DNA from: Parcubacteria group bacterium Gr01-1014_8
GTDB taxonomy: Bacteria > Patescibacteriota > Minisyncoccia > Phycocordibacterales > UBA2100
Assembly: GCA_007376385.1 (NCBI GenBank)
Contig: VMGC01000005.1
Location: forward strand, 1-64,000
DNA: 64,000 nt
Direction of reading: 5' to 3'
The notes under the pieces are model-generated. The model worked only from the letters and a program-made list of their open reading frames with translations. It was not told where the DNA came from and did no database searches. A program made the position numbers and the translations under genes. This document shows, in pieces, positions 29,732 to 38,231 of this stretch (its first letter is position 1; each line of letters starts with the position of its first letter).

Positions 29732-30058
29732 ATGGAACAGGGAAAAGGTAATCCAGACAATAAACCGAGCGATTCACAGCGGCGAACTGAACGAATTCGA
29801 GAAGCTGCTTTGGAATACAACGGCGAGAGATTTACGGGGCACACGCACACAAATGCGATAGTTGAATTAATGAAGGCCTATCCGGATATCTTTAAAGATG
29901 CGTCTGGAGATGAGGTCGCGTATGGATTTGTCACGACAAATAATAGATTTGTAAGTAGCGACGAGGCGGTGGAAATTGCTCGCGAAAATGACCAGCTTCT
30001 GCCAAATGCGGAAGGCGAGACCTCTTTACGCTCTGAGCATCTAAAAGGAGGCGAGTAA
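29732..30058 (+). CDS. Hypothetical protein (108 aa)
   Basis: ORF only. Confidence 0.3.
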   Translation: MEQGKGNPDNKPSDSQRRTERIREAALEYNGERFTGHTHTNAIVELMKAYPDIFKDASGDEVAYGFVTTNNRFVSSDEAVEIARENDQLLPNAEGETSLRSEHLKGGE

Positions 30059-30084
30059 CACTCAAGTTGCGTCTTTTTTGTCTG

Positions 30085-30098
30085 CACGGGGAGTCAAC
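30085..30098 (-). promoter_or_regulatory. GTTGACTCCCCGTG motif copy 3, overlapping the stop codon of the 306-aa gene, with no obvious downstream gene
   Basis: Plus strand CACGGGGAGTCAAC. Confidence 0.3.
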
Positions 30099-31014
30099 TC
30101 TCGCGGGTTTCAGTTCGTGCCGTATCAAACTTGAGGAATTCTTGCTGGGCGCGGATTAAGAGTCTGCCCTCGCGGTTTATTAGATCATGTTGGCGGTATT
30201 CTGGATATAGAGCTGGGCACCCGCCATGTCGGGAGTGCCTGTTGCTTTTTGTCGGCGGGATTTCACGTGTGACAAAATAGATGAACATCGGATCTATGGG
30301 TCGTTCGGTGTCGTGCGGACGAATAATTGTGCGACCGAGGTACGTTTCAGGTGGTCGAGTTCGTACATCGGCCCAAAAACTGAATGGCGCTAGAGCAAAT
30401 AGTTCGAGGTAGGTGTATCCATGAGGATTAACTTTGTAAACCTTATCATCACCGATTGTCACCTCATCATTTGGACATACTTGTAAGAGTCGCTCGAAGA
30501 GTGCCATATATTCTTGTGGCGTATGCGCAGAGCGCGACACCAGCGATACTACGTCGAGAATTGTCTGGACATTGTCGAGCGTTACGCCCCGTGGCGAACG
30601 CATGTCCAAAGAAGTATTCGCGTATTTGTCGGGGTCATACGGAAGGTCTGACATAACATCTCCCAGAACCTTTTTTAACAGAGTGGAAGAACCAAGCACG
30701 AACCGCTGTAAGTTCGGCGCTACATTAAGGGTTAAATCGAGTACGGGAAGGTAACTTAGGCGCGCACGTGGAAATTGTTCCTGAAAGGCCCGCAATTGCG
30801 GGAAAAGTTGTTCCGTCGTCGTAGGGCCGAAGCTCGGGACAGCTTGTGCTATTGTGAAATTGTGCGACTCTCTGTCTCGTTCATCAAATGCGTGCCTCCA
30901 ATCGTTTTCATTAAGCTTTTCTGACCGTGCGTACACAGTGTCGGTAAAACTTGCCAATCCGCCACCTTCATCGCTCATGACGTGAGCCCAATCTTCGGCA
31001 GATTTTCTTATCAC
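30094..31014 (-). CDS. Hypothetical protein (306 aa; GTG start at 31014 or ATG at 30978)
   Basis: ORF only. Confidence 0.4.
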   Translation of the reverse strand: MIRKSAEDWAHVMSDEGGGLASFTDTVYARSEKLNENDWRHAFDERDRESHNFTIAQAVPSFGPTTTEQLFPQLRAFQEQFPRARLSYLPVLDLTLNVAPNLQRFVLGSSTLLKKVLGDVMSDLPYDPDKYANTSLDMRSPRGVTLDNVQTILDVVSLVSRSAHTPQEYMALFERLLQVCPNDEVTIGDDKVYKVNPHGYTYLELFALAPFSFWADVRTRPPETYLGRTIIRPHDTERPIDPMFIYFVTREIPPTKSNRHSRHGGCPALYPEYRQHDLINREGRLLIRAQQEFLKFDTARTETRES

Positions 31015-31033
31015 AGATTCAGTATACCTCGGG

Positions 31034-31047
31034 CAAGGGGAGTCAAA
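31034..31047 (-). promoter_or_regulatory. TTTGACTCCCCTTG motif copy 4 (-35 TTGACT, -10 TATACT, start codon immediately downstream)
   Basis: Plus strand CAAGGGGAGTCAAA. Confidence 0.45.
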
Positions 31048-31052
31048 TGGAT

Positions 31053-31340
31053 TTAGAGTCCGTGCTCCGCGTGGCTCATGGCAACGACTGCTTTCAGTTC
31101 CTCCGGCGTCATTATGTTATCGAGGATCATCTGTCTGGTCGCAGAATCGAGCGCCTTGTCCGCATCGTCGTCTTCGTCAGTCGTATCTGCCGCGAGAAGA
31201 TCATTCCAGATGGGCATTGCTAACTGGGAGCGTGATATGTCTACTCCTACCCAGTCTTGCAAGCATTCTCTCAGCTTGAGCGAAACGGATACGCGCACAT
31301 CAGGCGTTAACTTCTTTTGCGGAGTTTCGATAGACTCCAT
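31053..31340 (-). CDS. Hypothetical acidic protein (95 aa)
   Basis: ORF only. Confidence 0.3.
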   Translation of the reverse strand: MESIETPQKKLTPDVRVSVSLKLRECLQDWVGVDISRSQLAMPIWNDLLAADTTDEDDDADKALDSATRQMILDNIMTPEELKAVVAMSHAEHGL

Positions 31341-31364
31341 ACGGATACAATGTTACCGCTCGAC

Positions 31365-31378
31365 CAAGGGGAGTCAAC
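31365..31378 (-). promoter_or_regulatory. GTTGACTCCCCTTG motif copy 5
   Basis: Plus strand CAAGGGGAGTCAAC; 25 nt upstream of the 95-aa gene start. Confidence 0.4.
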
Positions 31379-31799
31379 CGCTTTGCGATTTTTTGTAAAT
31401 TGCGAAGCCAATCAGTAATATGGCAGCACCAAAGACATTCGAGAACACATCGGAAGCGGCTTCGACAAGGGACGGAGAGTAGAGTTTCAGATAAAGCGCG
31501 TAATTGGGGAAAAGAGTAAAGAAGATATATTCGAATAGTTCCCATGCTGTTGCTGCAATAAGAACAAAATGCAGAGTCGTTATAGCAGTGAATGTTTGCG
31601 ACAACATAGTGTTCTTTTTACCGAGCCACCGAAGCAATCCGAGAGCGAGCGTTGCGCCCACGAGCGCGTGGAGCACGTTATCGAACCACACGAAGCCATT
31701 CTGAATCTGCGTGTCGTAGATGCCGAGTGCATTATCGCCGAAATGCAGTGCGGCAATGGCGAGAAGAAAACCAACGATATGATATGCAGAAATTTTCAT
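31374..31799 (-). CDS. Hypothetical membrane protein (141 aa, 4 TM)
   Basis: Hydrophobicity pattern. Confidence 0.4.
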   Translation of the reverse strand: MKISAYHIVGFLLAIAALHFGDNALGIYDTQIQNGFVWFDNVLHALVGATLALGLLRWLGKKNTMLSQTFTAITTLHFVLIAATAWELFEYIFFTLFPNYALYLKLYSPSLVEAASDVFSNVFGAAILLIGFAIYKKSQSG

Positions 31800-31801
31800 A
31801 T

Positions 31802-32092
31802 TTACACGATTTTACACTCGACCTTGACGAGGTCGCCATCATCAATGCCCTCTTTTTTCCGAACCTCTGCTTTAATAGCCAAAAGGTATGGACCTTCCTT
31901 TGATGGGAACAGGGAAGTGTTCCACATTGTTTTTCCTATCTTTGCGCGGACCTTTATTGAATTAAAACCTGCCTTTTTGGGACGGGGCATTGCTTTCAAG
32001 GCTTTTGACTCTTTATCGGGCACATACACAAAATGCCACCCCCCATCTCCCGGATATTTCCAGAGTTTTCCTCTGAATATGCATCTTTTCAT
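31802..32092 (-). CDS. DUF1905-family protein
   Basis: GGWHFVYVP…TSLFPSKEGPYLLAIKAEVRKKEGI..GD.V.V matches the DUF1905 consensus. Confidence 0.6.
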   Translation of the reverse strand: MKRCIFRGKLWKYPGDGGWHFVYVPDKESKALKAMPRPKKAGFNSIKVRAKIGKTMWNTSLFPSKEGPYLLAIKAEVRKKEGIDDGDLVKVECKIV

Positions 32093-32388
32093 CAGTCGAG
32101 TACTCGGACAAGTCTGGATCGCATAACGTTGTAATATGTATTGTCCGGGTACCGTTTATCTCTCGCCTTGACGAGTTCAGGTTTGAAGTCACGTATATCC
32201 TCTTCGGACATGGTCTTGGGGCCTACCCAAGCTGTTTCGGTGTTGCCAACTTTATCGAGCTTTAAAACACGGAGTACAGTACCAGCGCGAATATTCCCAC
32301 TGAAGAATCGAGCATGAGATGCATACTTAAGCATCGCAAAACATTCTTCCTCTATGGGTAAAGAAAGCCCTTCGTGCTGTTCTCCCAT
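32092..32388 (-). CDS. Hypothetical protein (99 aa). The ORF-track N-terminal extension to 32826 is rejected.
   Basis: The Arg/Ser/Cys-rich N-terminal 146 aa overlap the structured element and the nuoB-like gene; start taken at MGEQHEG. Confidence 0.4.
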   Translation of the reverse strand: MGEQHEGLSLPIEEECFAMLKYASHARFFSGNIRAGTVLRVLKLDKVGNTETAWVGPKTMSEEDIRDFKPELVKARDKRYPDNTYYNVMRSRLVRVLD

Positions 32389-32416
32389 GTAAGGCGCATT
32401 GTACCGTTTGTCTAGC

Positions 32417-32563
32417 TTATTTGCGAGCGTTGCGAGTAAAATGCAAAAGAGCACTTTTGCATTCCCGAGCCGAGGAGCAAACACAGGTTCAATACCTCGG
32501 AGCAAGCTCCGAGGAACCTTTATTTGTGAAGCGGGCAAATTCTCCCTGGACTTGAGACAGGGA
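32417..32563 (+). ncRNA. Structured RNA element, copy 1: TTATTTGCGAGCGTTGCGAGTAAAATG + hairpin 1 (AATGCAAAAG/TTTTGCATT) + CCGAGCCGAGGAGC + hairpin 2 (CTCGGAG-caag-CTCCGAG) + hairpin 3 (CCCTG…CAGGG). Directly upstream of the Ehr-like operon.
   Basis: Paralogous to 47594..47759 with compensatory substitutions in all three stems. Strand assignment is tentative. Confidence 0.5.
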
Positions 32564-32594
32564 CAGGAGTAGAGTTGTCCGCATTTAGACTCGT

Positions 32595-33110
32595 ATGTTA
32601 CGCCTTTTGACGCAGATGATCCGGACTGGCAAGAAGACCGAACCGGCTCCAATACTGGAGCCAATTGACGAGGTCGGGGAGAACCTCCGCAATGCCATTC
32701 ATACGCTCTACGGAGGGCGTATGCTCCGTATCCGCCACGTGGATGCCGGCTCGACAAACGGAGAGGAATTCGAGATGACGGCGCTTGGCAACGCCTACTA
32801 CGACATGGAGCGATTCGGACTTTCATTTGTTGCCTCTCCCCGGCACGCTGACATTTTGACCGTATCCGGGCCAGTAACGCGCAATATGGAACACGCGCTC
32901 AAGACTGCGTATGAAATGACGCCGAAGCCTCGCATTGTCATCGCAGTCGGAGACGGCGCAATTGACGGAGGAATCTGGAAAGATTCGTACGCAATTGTGG
33001 GAGGGGTGAAGGATGTTATTCCGGTTGACGCCGAAATTCCCGGAGATCCACCGTCTCCGCTTGATCTGCTAAAAGGATTTCTAAATGTGTTGCAAGGCGC
33101 AAGAAAATAG
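32595..33110 (+). CDS. NuoB/HycG-family subunit (complex I 20-kDa / hydrogenase small-subunit fold) lacking all four [4Fe-4S] cluster cysteines
   Basis: Aligns well to NuoB (ERFGLSFVASPRHADILTVSGPVTRNMEHAL…IVIAVGDGAIDGG…IPVDAEIPGDPP). CCxxE becomes ST/EE, GxCA becomes GDGA, PGCPP becomes PGDPP. Confidence 0.75.
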   Translation: MLRLLTQMIRTGKKTEPAPILEPIDEVGENLRNAIHTLYGGRMLRIRHVDAGSTNGEEFEMTALGNAYYDMERFGLSFVASPRHADILTVSGPVTRNMEHALKTAYEMTPKPRIVIAVGDGAIDGGIWKDSYAIVGGVKDVIPVDAEIPGDPPSPLDLLKGFLNVLQGARK

Positions 33111-33115
33111 TTTTT

Positions 33116-35080
33116 ATGGTTGCGTCTTTTTTTGTTGCCTCGCTGATTTTGCCGCTTGTAGCAGGAGTTGCTGCGCTTCTTCTCCTGCGTACAAAAGCGG
33201 GTCACATGCTCACGCAATTGGTTTTTGCTCTCGGCGGCCTAAGCGGTGTCGTTGGCGCAACGTTGTTCTATGCGAGCGATGGAGCGAGCACCGTCGTTTT
33301 TCATACGGCACTCTTTAGTCTTGTTGTCGGGACGCTTTCAGTATTCTTTTTGGGAATTATATCCGTCGGTGTTCTTCTCACATCGTTGTATGCGCTTGAG
33401 GGTCTGCGCAGATACAAAAGCGTCTATTCACTCCCGTGGCTTGCCGTTGCGTCTGCTTTTTTCATATTCGGCATGCAGGCAACGGTCATGGCCTCCTCTG
33501 TTGCGGGTTTTCTCGTTGCGTGGGAGTTGATGTCCGTCGCCGCATATTTCCTCGTTATAGCGGATGGCACTGAAGAATCACTGCATGCAGGCTTCTCGTT
33601 TTTTATCATGGCGCACATCGGGTTCGCGAGTCTTGTCGCAGGATTTCTACTTCTTTCTGCGGGCAATCCCTTTGCAGAGTGGCCGGAAGTAGCGCTCGCC
33701 GCAAAAACCATGACGCCGGCGACGCTCTCCGTCGCGTTCTCGCTTTTATTCATCGGCTTCGGCTCAAAAGCGGGTCTTGCCCCGCTCCATCAGTGGCTGC
33801 CCATGGCGCATCCGCAAGCGCCGAGCCACGCTTCGGCGTTGCTATCCGGCGTCATGTTGAAAGTCGCGCTTTTTGGGTTCATTCAATCGCTGTTCTTGTT
33901 TCCATCGGTTCCCCTATCATGGGGCGTTGTTGTCCTTGTGGTAGGACTCGTGTCGGCTTTCTTCGGCGTTCTGCACGCAGTCGTCGAGAGCGACATGAAA
34001 CGAGTACTCGCATGGAGCAGCATCGAGAACATGGGCCTTATTTTCTCTGGCGTAGGCGCAGCAATGATATTGCGCACGTTGCCGTACGAGGCAGGACCCG
34101 TACTCGCATCATCTATCGCCATTTTCGTTGCGCTCCATATCATCAATCACTTTCTCTTCAAGAGCGGGCTCTTCATGGCTGCGGGCGTTATCGTATCGGA
34201 AGTGCATTCTCGTGACATGGATATCATGGGGGGTTTAGCGCAAAAGTGGCCCATCTTCTCCGGCGTTTTTCTAGCTCTCGCGCTCGCAGCGGCAGCGTTG
34301 CCTCCGTTCGGTACATTCTTTGGCGAGTGGATGTATCTGCAATCTCTCGCACTTGCGCTTGTCGGTCTGCCTTTGCCGCTTTCCGTCGTTGCGGGACTCG
34401 TCCTCGCAGCCGTCGCATTGGTGAGCGGCCTTGCTATCGTTGCGTTCGTAAAAATGTTCTCAAGCGTCTTTTTAGGGAGAGCTCGAAATGAACATGCGGA
34501 ACATGTGGGGATGATGCCAATGTCTCTTATGTGGCCGCCAATGGTGTGCGCGATTCTTTCGATTGTTGCCGGGGTGCTTGCATTTCCTTTTTTTTCATCG
34601 CATTTTATGGATGGCGCGAGCATCATGCAAGATGTCGTTATCGTACAAGGCGCCTCCATGAACGCTTGGATCCTGTGGGCGCTTATCGCGGGTCTTGCGA
34701 TCATAGCGCTTCTTCTCGCGCGTTTTCTTCGCGTGCCGGTTCGCATTACGGATACGTGGGATTGCGGGCAGCCGCTCACGTCGCGAATGGAATATACGGC
34801 AACTGGATTCTCGGCACCGTTCCGCTTTTTCTTCCGTGCGTTCTTAGTATCGCGAAAAGAAATGATCGTTACGCCTATCTCTTCAGAGAATCCGTGGATA
34901 GCGAACCGGCGTCTCGAGTGGAGCATTACCTCAACATGGGAGCGGCTCTTTTATCGCCCCGTCGGGCAGGCATTGCTTCGTTTTGCTGAATACGCGCGCA
35001 AGTTCCAAAGCGGCGTCGTCCAGATGTACCTTTTGTTTGTTGTTATCGCTCTTGTCGGAGCATTCATTTTTGCGCTATGA
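33116..35080 (+). CDS. NuoL/HyfB/MnhA-like antiporter-type membrane subunit (654 aa)
   Basis: Multi-TM proton-pumping-subunit signature (…WLPMAHPQAPSHASALLSGVMLK…). Confidence 0.8.
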   Translation: MVASFFVASLILPLVAGVAALLLLRTKAGHMLTQLVFALGGLSGVVGATLFYASDGASTVVFHTALFSLVVGTLSVFFLGIISVGVLLTSLYALEGLRRYKSVYSLPWLAVASAFFIFGMQATVMASSVAGFLVAWELMSVAAYFLVIADGTEESLHAGFSFFIMAHIGFASLVAGFLLLSAGNPFAEWPEVALAAKTMTPATLSVAFSLLFIGFGSKAGLAPLHQWLPMAHPQAPSHASALLSGVMLKVALFGFIQSLFLFPSVPLSWGVVVLVVGLVSAFFGVLHAVVESDMKRVLAWSSIENMGLIFSGVGAAMILRTLPYEAGPVLASSIAIFVALHIINHFLFKSGLFMAAGVIVSEVHSRDMDIMGGLAQKWPIFSGVFLALALAAAALPPFGTFFGEWMYLQSLALALVGLPLPLSVVAGLVLAAVALVSGLAIVAFVKMFSSVFLGRARNEHAEHVGMMPMSLMWPPMVCAILSIVAGVLAFPFFSSHFMDGASIMQDVVIVQGASMNAWILWALIAGLAIIALLLARFLRVPVRITDTWDCGQPLTSRMEYTATGFSAPFRFFFRAFLVSRKEMIVTPISSENPWIANRRLEWSITSTWERLFYRPVGQALLRFAEYARKFQSGVVQMYLLFVVIALVGAFIFAL

Positions 35081-35180
35081 CCCCATGAGAGAAACGATCT
35101 AAATTCTTATGAATCACACCAATTGTAACGAGATGCAGTGCTTCGCTCAGGATCATATCTATTTTTCTCACGGGGTATGA
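35078..35180. repeat. IR element copy E: TGACCCCATGAGAGAAA …69 nt… TTTCTCACGGGGTATGA. Spans the stop codon of the upstream gene and the ATG of the downstream gene.
   Basis: Same arm consensus and ~70-nt spacing as copies A–C. Confidence 0.5.
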
Positions 35181-36124
35181 CCGTCACGATACTCATTTTG
35201 CAGTTCTTCTTAGTGCTCGCGGCAGCGCCCGCGACGGTGGGGATCGTGCGTAAAATAAAAGCGCGCTTTCAGAACAGGCGCGGCGCACGCATCACGCTTC
35301 CATACTGGTCGCTCCTTTCGTTGCTTCGAAAAGAAATGACCATCACGCGGCACAGTTCGTGGGTGTTTCGCATCGTTCCGTTCGTGGTCTTTGGAAGCGC
35401 ACTCGCGCTAGCAGCGCTTATTCCTTCTTTTGCTGTAGGAATTCTGGCCGCGAGCATGAGCAACATTTTTCTTGTCGGCGCCGTCGCCGCGCTCGGCTCC
35501 GCGTTCCTTGTTTTTGGCGGCATGGATACCGGAAGCACGTTCGGCAACATGGGCTCCAGCCGCGAGATGACGATAGCCTCATTGATAGAGCCTGCCGTAT
35601 ACGTATCGCTCGCTTCTCTTGCAACGCTCTCCGGTTCGTGGAGTTTGGATGGCATCGCACTATTTTTTGCCGCAAGTAAATGGGTGGAGATAATACTTCC
35701 GGCCTCACTTACGTTAGTGGCCCTCGTCTTTGTGCTGCTCGCAGAAAATGCGCGCTATCCGGTGGATAATCCTGCAACGCACCTTGAGCTCACAATGGTG
35801 CATGAGGCGATGGTCTTAGAATATTCCGGCCCATACCTCGCAATGCTCGAATACGCGTCGTGGATAAAATTGACTGCGATGCTGATGCTCGTGATGAATC
35901 TCGTAGCGCCGTGGGGTATTCTGACTTCTCCATTTGCTCTTGGGGCCACTCTCATCGCGCTCGTTGCATTTGCCATTAAGCTCGGCGTCGGTGCATTCGT
36001 CATTGCGTTCATCGAATCAACGATCGTAAAAATGCGCTTCTATCGAATGCAGGAATACATGTCTCTTGCGCTCATCGTTGCGCTCGGCGGTCTTGCTATT
36101 TCGCTTGTCTCAATTGCCGTATGA
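35177..36124 (+). CDS. NuoH/HycD-like membrane subunit
   Basis: 8-TM NuoH-like pattern. Start at MTVTILIL (the ORF begins at 35138). Confidence 0.7.
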   Translation: MTVTILILQFFLVLAAAPATVGIVRKIKARFQNRRGARITLPYWSLLSLLRKEMTITRHSSWVFRIVPFVVFGSALALAALIPSFAVGILAASMSNIFLVGAVAALGSAFLVFGGMDTGSTFGNMGSSREMTIASLIEPAVYVSLASLATLSGSWSLDGIALFFAASKWVEIILPASLTLVALVFVLLAENARYPVDNPATHLELTMVHEAMVLEYSGPYLAMLEYASWIKLTAMLMLVMNLVAPWGILTSPFALGATLIALVAFAIKLGVGAFVIAFIESTIVKMRFYRMQEYMSLALIVALGGLAISLVSIAV

Positions 36125-36774
36125 GTGCGCAGCTTACATTCGACCTCCCGACATTATTTGCATGCGGCATGCTGCTTCTATCGTTGATAATGGTAAGCCG
36201 CATGCGTCTTTCGTCGCTTGTCGGTATTTTCCGTTACCAGAGCGCGCTTCTTGCCATCTATGCGGTCATCCTTGCGATCTCTCATGATGAACCAGAATTG
36301 CTCGCGGTCGCCCTTTTTATTGCACTTGTGAAAGTGGTCCTCATACCAGCGTTTCTCATTCGCGTCGCAAAGCAAAATGGCGTGTCAGAGAGGCTTGATT
36401 CGTATTTGCGTCCGACGACGTCCACATCAGTAGGTTTGGTTGCCATCCTTCTCGCGTTTGCCGGAGCAGAGGCGACATTTGCTACGAGCGCGGGGCTCAT
36501 CATAGTTGCGTGCGTTTTTGCTCTCATTCTGACGGGGCTTATTCTTCTCATTACGCGCAAAGACATGTTCGGGCAGGGAATCGGATTTCTCGTGATGGAG
36601 AACGGCATCTATGCATTCGGGCTCGCTCTTGCTGGCGGAATGCCCATCTTTGTCGAGCTTGCAGTTCTGTTTAACCTTCTTGCGCTCACCGTTCTGATGG
36701 TTCTGTTGTTCCGAGTCGCGCAAAAGGTCCACTCTTCTGTTTCAACCGAGCATTTTAAGCGACTCATCGATTGA
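36121..36774 (+). CDS. HyfE-like small membrane subunit (NuoK-like C-terminal part)
   Basis: Hydrophobic 217 aa with GFLVMENGIYAFGLAL motif. Confidence 0.6.
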   Translation: MSAQLTFDLPTLFACGMLLLSLIMVSRMRLSSLVGIFRYQSALLAIYAVILAISHDEPELLAVALFIALVKVVLIPAFLIRVAKQNGVSERLDSYLRPTTSTSVGLVAILLAFAGAEATFATSAGLIIVACVFALILTGLILLITRKDMFGQGIGFLVMENGIYAFGLALAGGMPIFVELAVLFNLLALTVLMVLLFRVAQKVHSSVSTEHFKRLID

Positions 36775-36775
36775 T

Positions 36776-38227
36776 ATGACTGTATCTCTGCTCCTCATGG
36801 TTATTCTTGTCGCTGCTGCGATGCCGTATCTCTGTGCCACAACGAAACAGGTGCGTTCGCTCGCGATGATAGGAAGTACGAGTATTTTCCTGCTTTCTCT
36901 CTTTGTCGGGATTCCGGCGCTGTTTGCTCCAGCCGCTGTTACCGGCGCGGGTTTGTGGTACATCGATGCTCTGGGCGGGTTCTTTGTTCTCTTGATCGGA
37001 TTCGTTCAGTGGACAGGGACGCTCGTAAGCATGACGTACATGAAGGAAGAAGAGGCGCACGGGACGGTAACCGCGGCTAAGGTCAAACGATACTTCGTAC
37101 TCTTGCATCTTTTCGTCCTCGCGATGATGCTTGCTGTCGTCTCGAATAACACAGGCATCGTGTGGGTTGCGCTCGAGGGCACGACGCTGGTGACGACACT
37201 CTTGGTCGGTTTTTACGAACGAAAAGAATCTCTTGAGGCTGCCTGGAAATATCTCATTCTGTGCTCATCGGGCATTGCGTTCGGATTCTTGGGAATTCTT
37301 GTCATGTTCTATGCGGCTTCGACGACGGGGGCGGAAGGCGTTATCGGCATGACGTGGTCAGGGTCGGCACTTCTTGAAGCGGCGCTTCCCGTAAGCGTCG
37401 TAAAGATAGCGTTTGTGCTCTTGCTGATAGGGTTTGGCACCAAGGTTGGTCTTGTCCCGATGCACGCCTGGCTCCCGGACGCCCATTCAAGCGCGCCATC
37501 GCCAATTTCTGGCATGCTCTCGGGGGTGCTTCTCAACGCCGCGTTATTGCCGATACTTCGTTTCAAAAATATTGTTGACGGCGTTGCCGCGCCTGGTTGG
37601 ACCGATCAGCTTCTCATCGTATTCGGGGTTCTCTCTATCGCGCTTCCTGCAGCGTTCGTACTTGTTCAGCGCGATTACAAAAGGTTGCTCGCATATTCGA
37701 GCATTGAACACATGGGGCTCATTACGCTGTCGGCAGGACTCGGCGCGATTGGTTCCGTCGCCGCGACAATTCACATTGCGGGTCACGCTCTCGCGAAATC
37801 TGCGCTCTTCTTTGCGGCGGGAAACATCCTCTTGAAATATCACAGCACTAAATTCGAGAATGTCTCGGGGGTTACACGCATATTGCCTTACACAGGAGGG
37901 CTCTTTCTCGTTGCATTTTTGGCGCTTCTCGGCGTTCCGCCTTCACCCTTGTTTGCGAGCGAATACTTTATGGCGGCTGCTGCGATAGGCACGCATCCCT
38001 ACGCCACCGGCGCCGTCTTTCTCGCCCTCACTATCGTATTTGCCGGATTTGTGCGGCTCTTGATGCCGATGTTGTTTGGGGAGAGTCCTGACAGAGGTGG
38101 GCGGGAGAGATGGAACATATCGCACACCGCTATCACGTTGAATATCGTTTTACTTATCGGACTTGGTATTGCTCTCTGGATTGCTCCTGGAGAGGCGATC
38201 ATCCAACGCATTGCAGAAATTATTTAG
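36776..38227 (+). CDS. NuoN/NuoM/HyfF-like antiporter-type membrane subunit
   Basis: …MHAWLPDAHSSAPSPISGMLSGVLLNAA… signature. Confidence 0.75.
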   Translation: MTVSLLLMVILVAAAMPYLCATTKQVRSLAMIGSTSIFLLSLFVGIPALFAPAAVTGAGLWYIDALGGFFVLLIGFVQWTGTLVSMTYMKEEEAHGTVTAAKVKRYFVLLHLFVLAMMLAVVSNNTGIVWVALEGTTLVTTLLVGFYERKESLEAAWKYLILCSSGIAFGFLGILVMFYAASTTGAEGVIGMTWSGSALLEAALPVSVVKIAFVLLLIGFGTKVGLVPMHAWLPDAHSSAPSPISGMLSGVLLNAALLPILRFKNIVDGVAAPGWTDQLLIVFGVLSIALPAAFVLVQRDYKRLLAYSSIEHMGLITLSAGLGAIGSVAATIHIAGHALAKSALFFAAGNILLKYHSTKFENVSGVTRILPYTGGLFLVAFLALLGVPPSPLFASEYFMAAAAIGTHPYATGAVFLALTIVFAGFVRLLMPMLFGESPDRGGRERWNISHTAITLNIVLLIGLGIALWIAPGEAIIQRIAEII

Positions 38228-38231
38228 AAAT

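Noticed and set aside
29878-30087. 69-aa antisense ORF starting right at the fifth GTTGACTCCCC motif
   Set aside because: It has a GTG start 4 nt from the motif and no RBS, and it is fully antisense to a better plus-strand ORF. Probably spurious, although the motif copy itself is real.
32092-32826. 244-aa minus-strand ORF from the track
   Set aside because: The N-terminal 146 aa are Arg/Ser/Cys-rich and have no similarity to anything. They overlap both the structured RNA element and the nuoB-like gene. The true gene is probably the C-terminal 99 aa.
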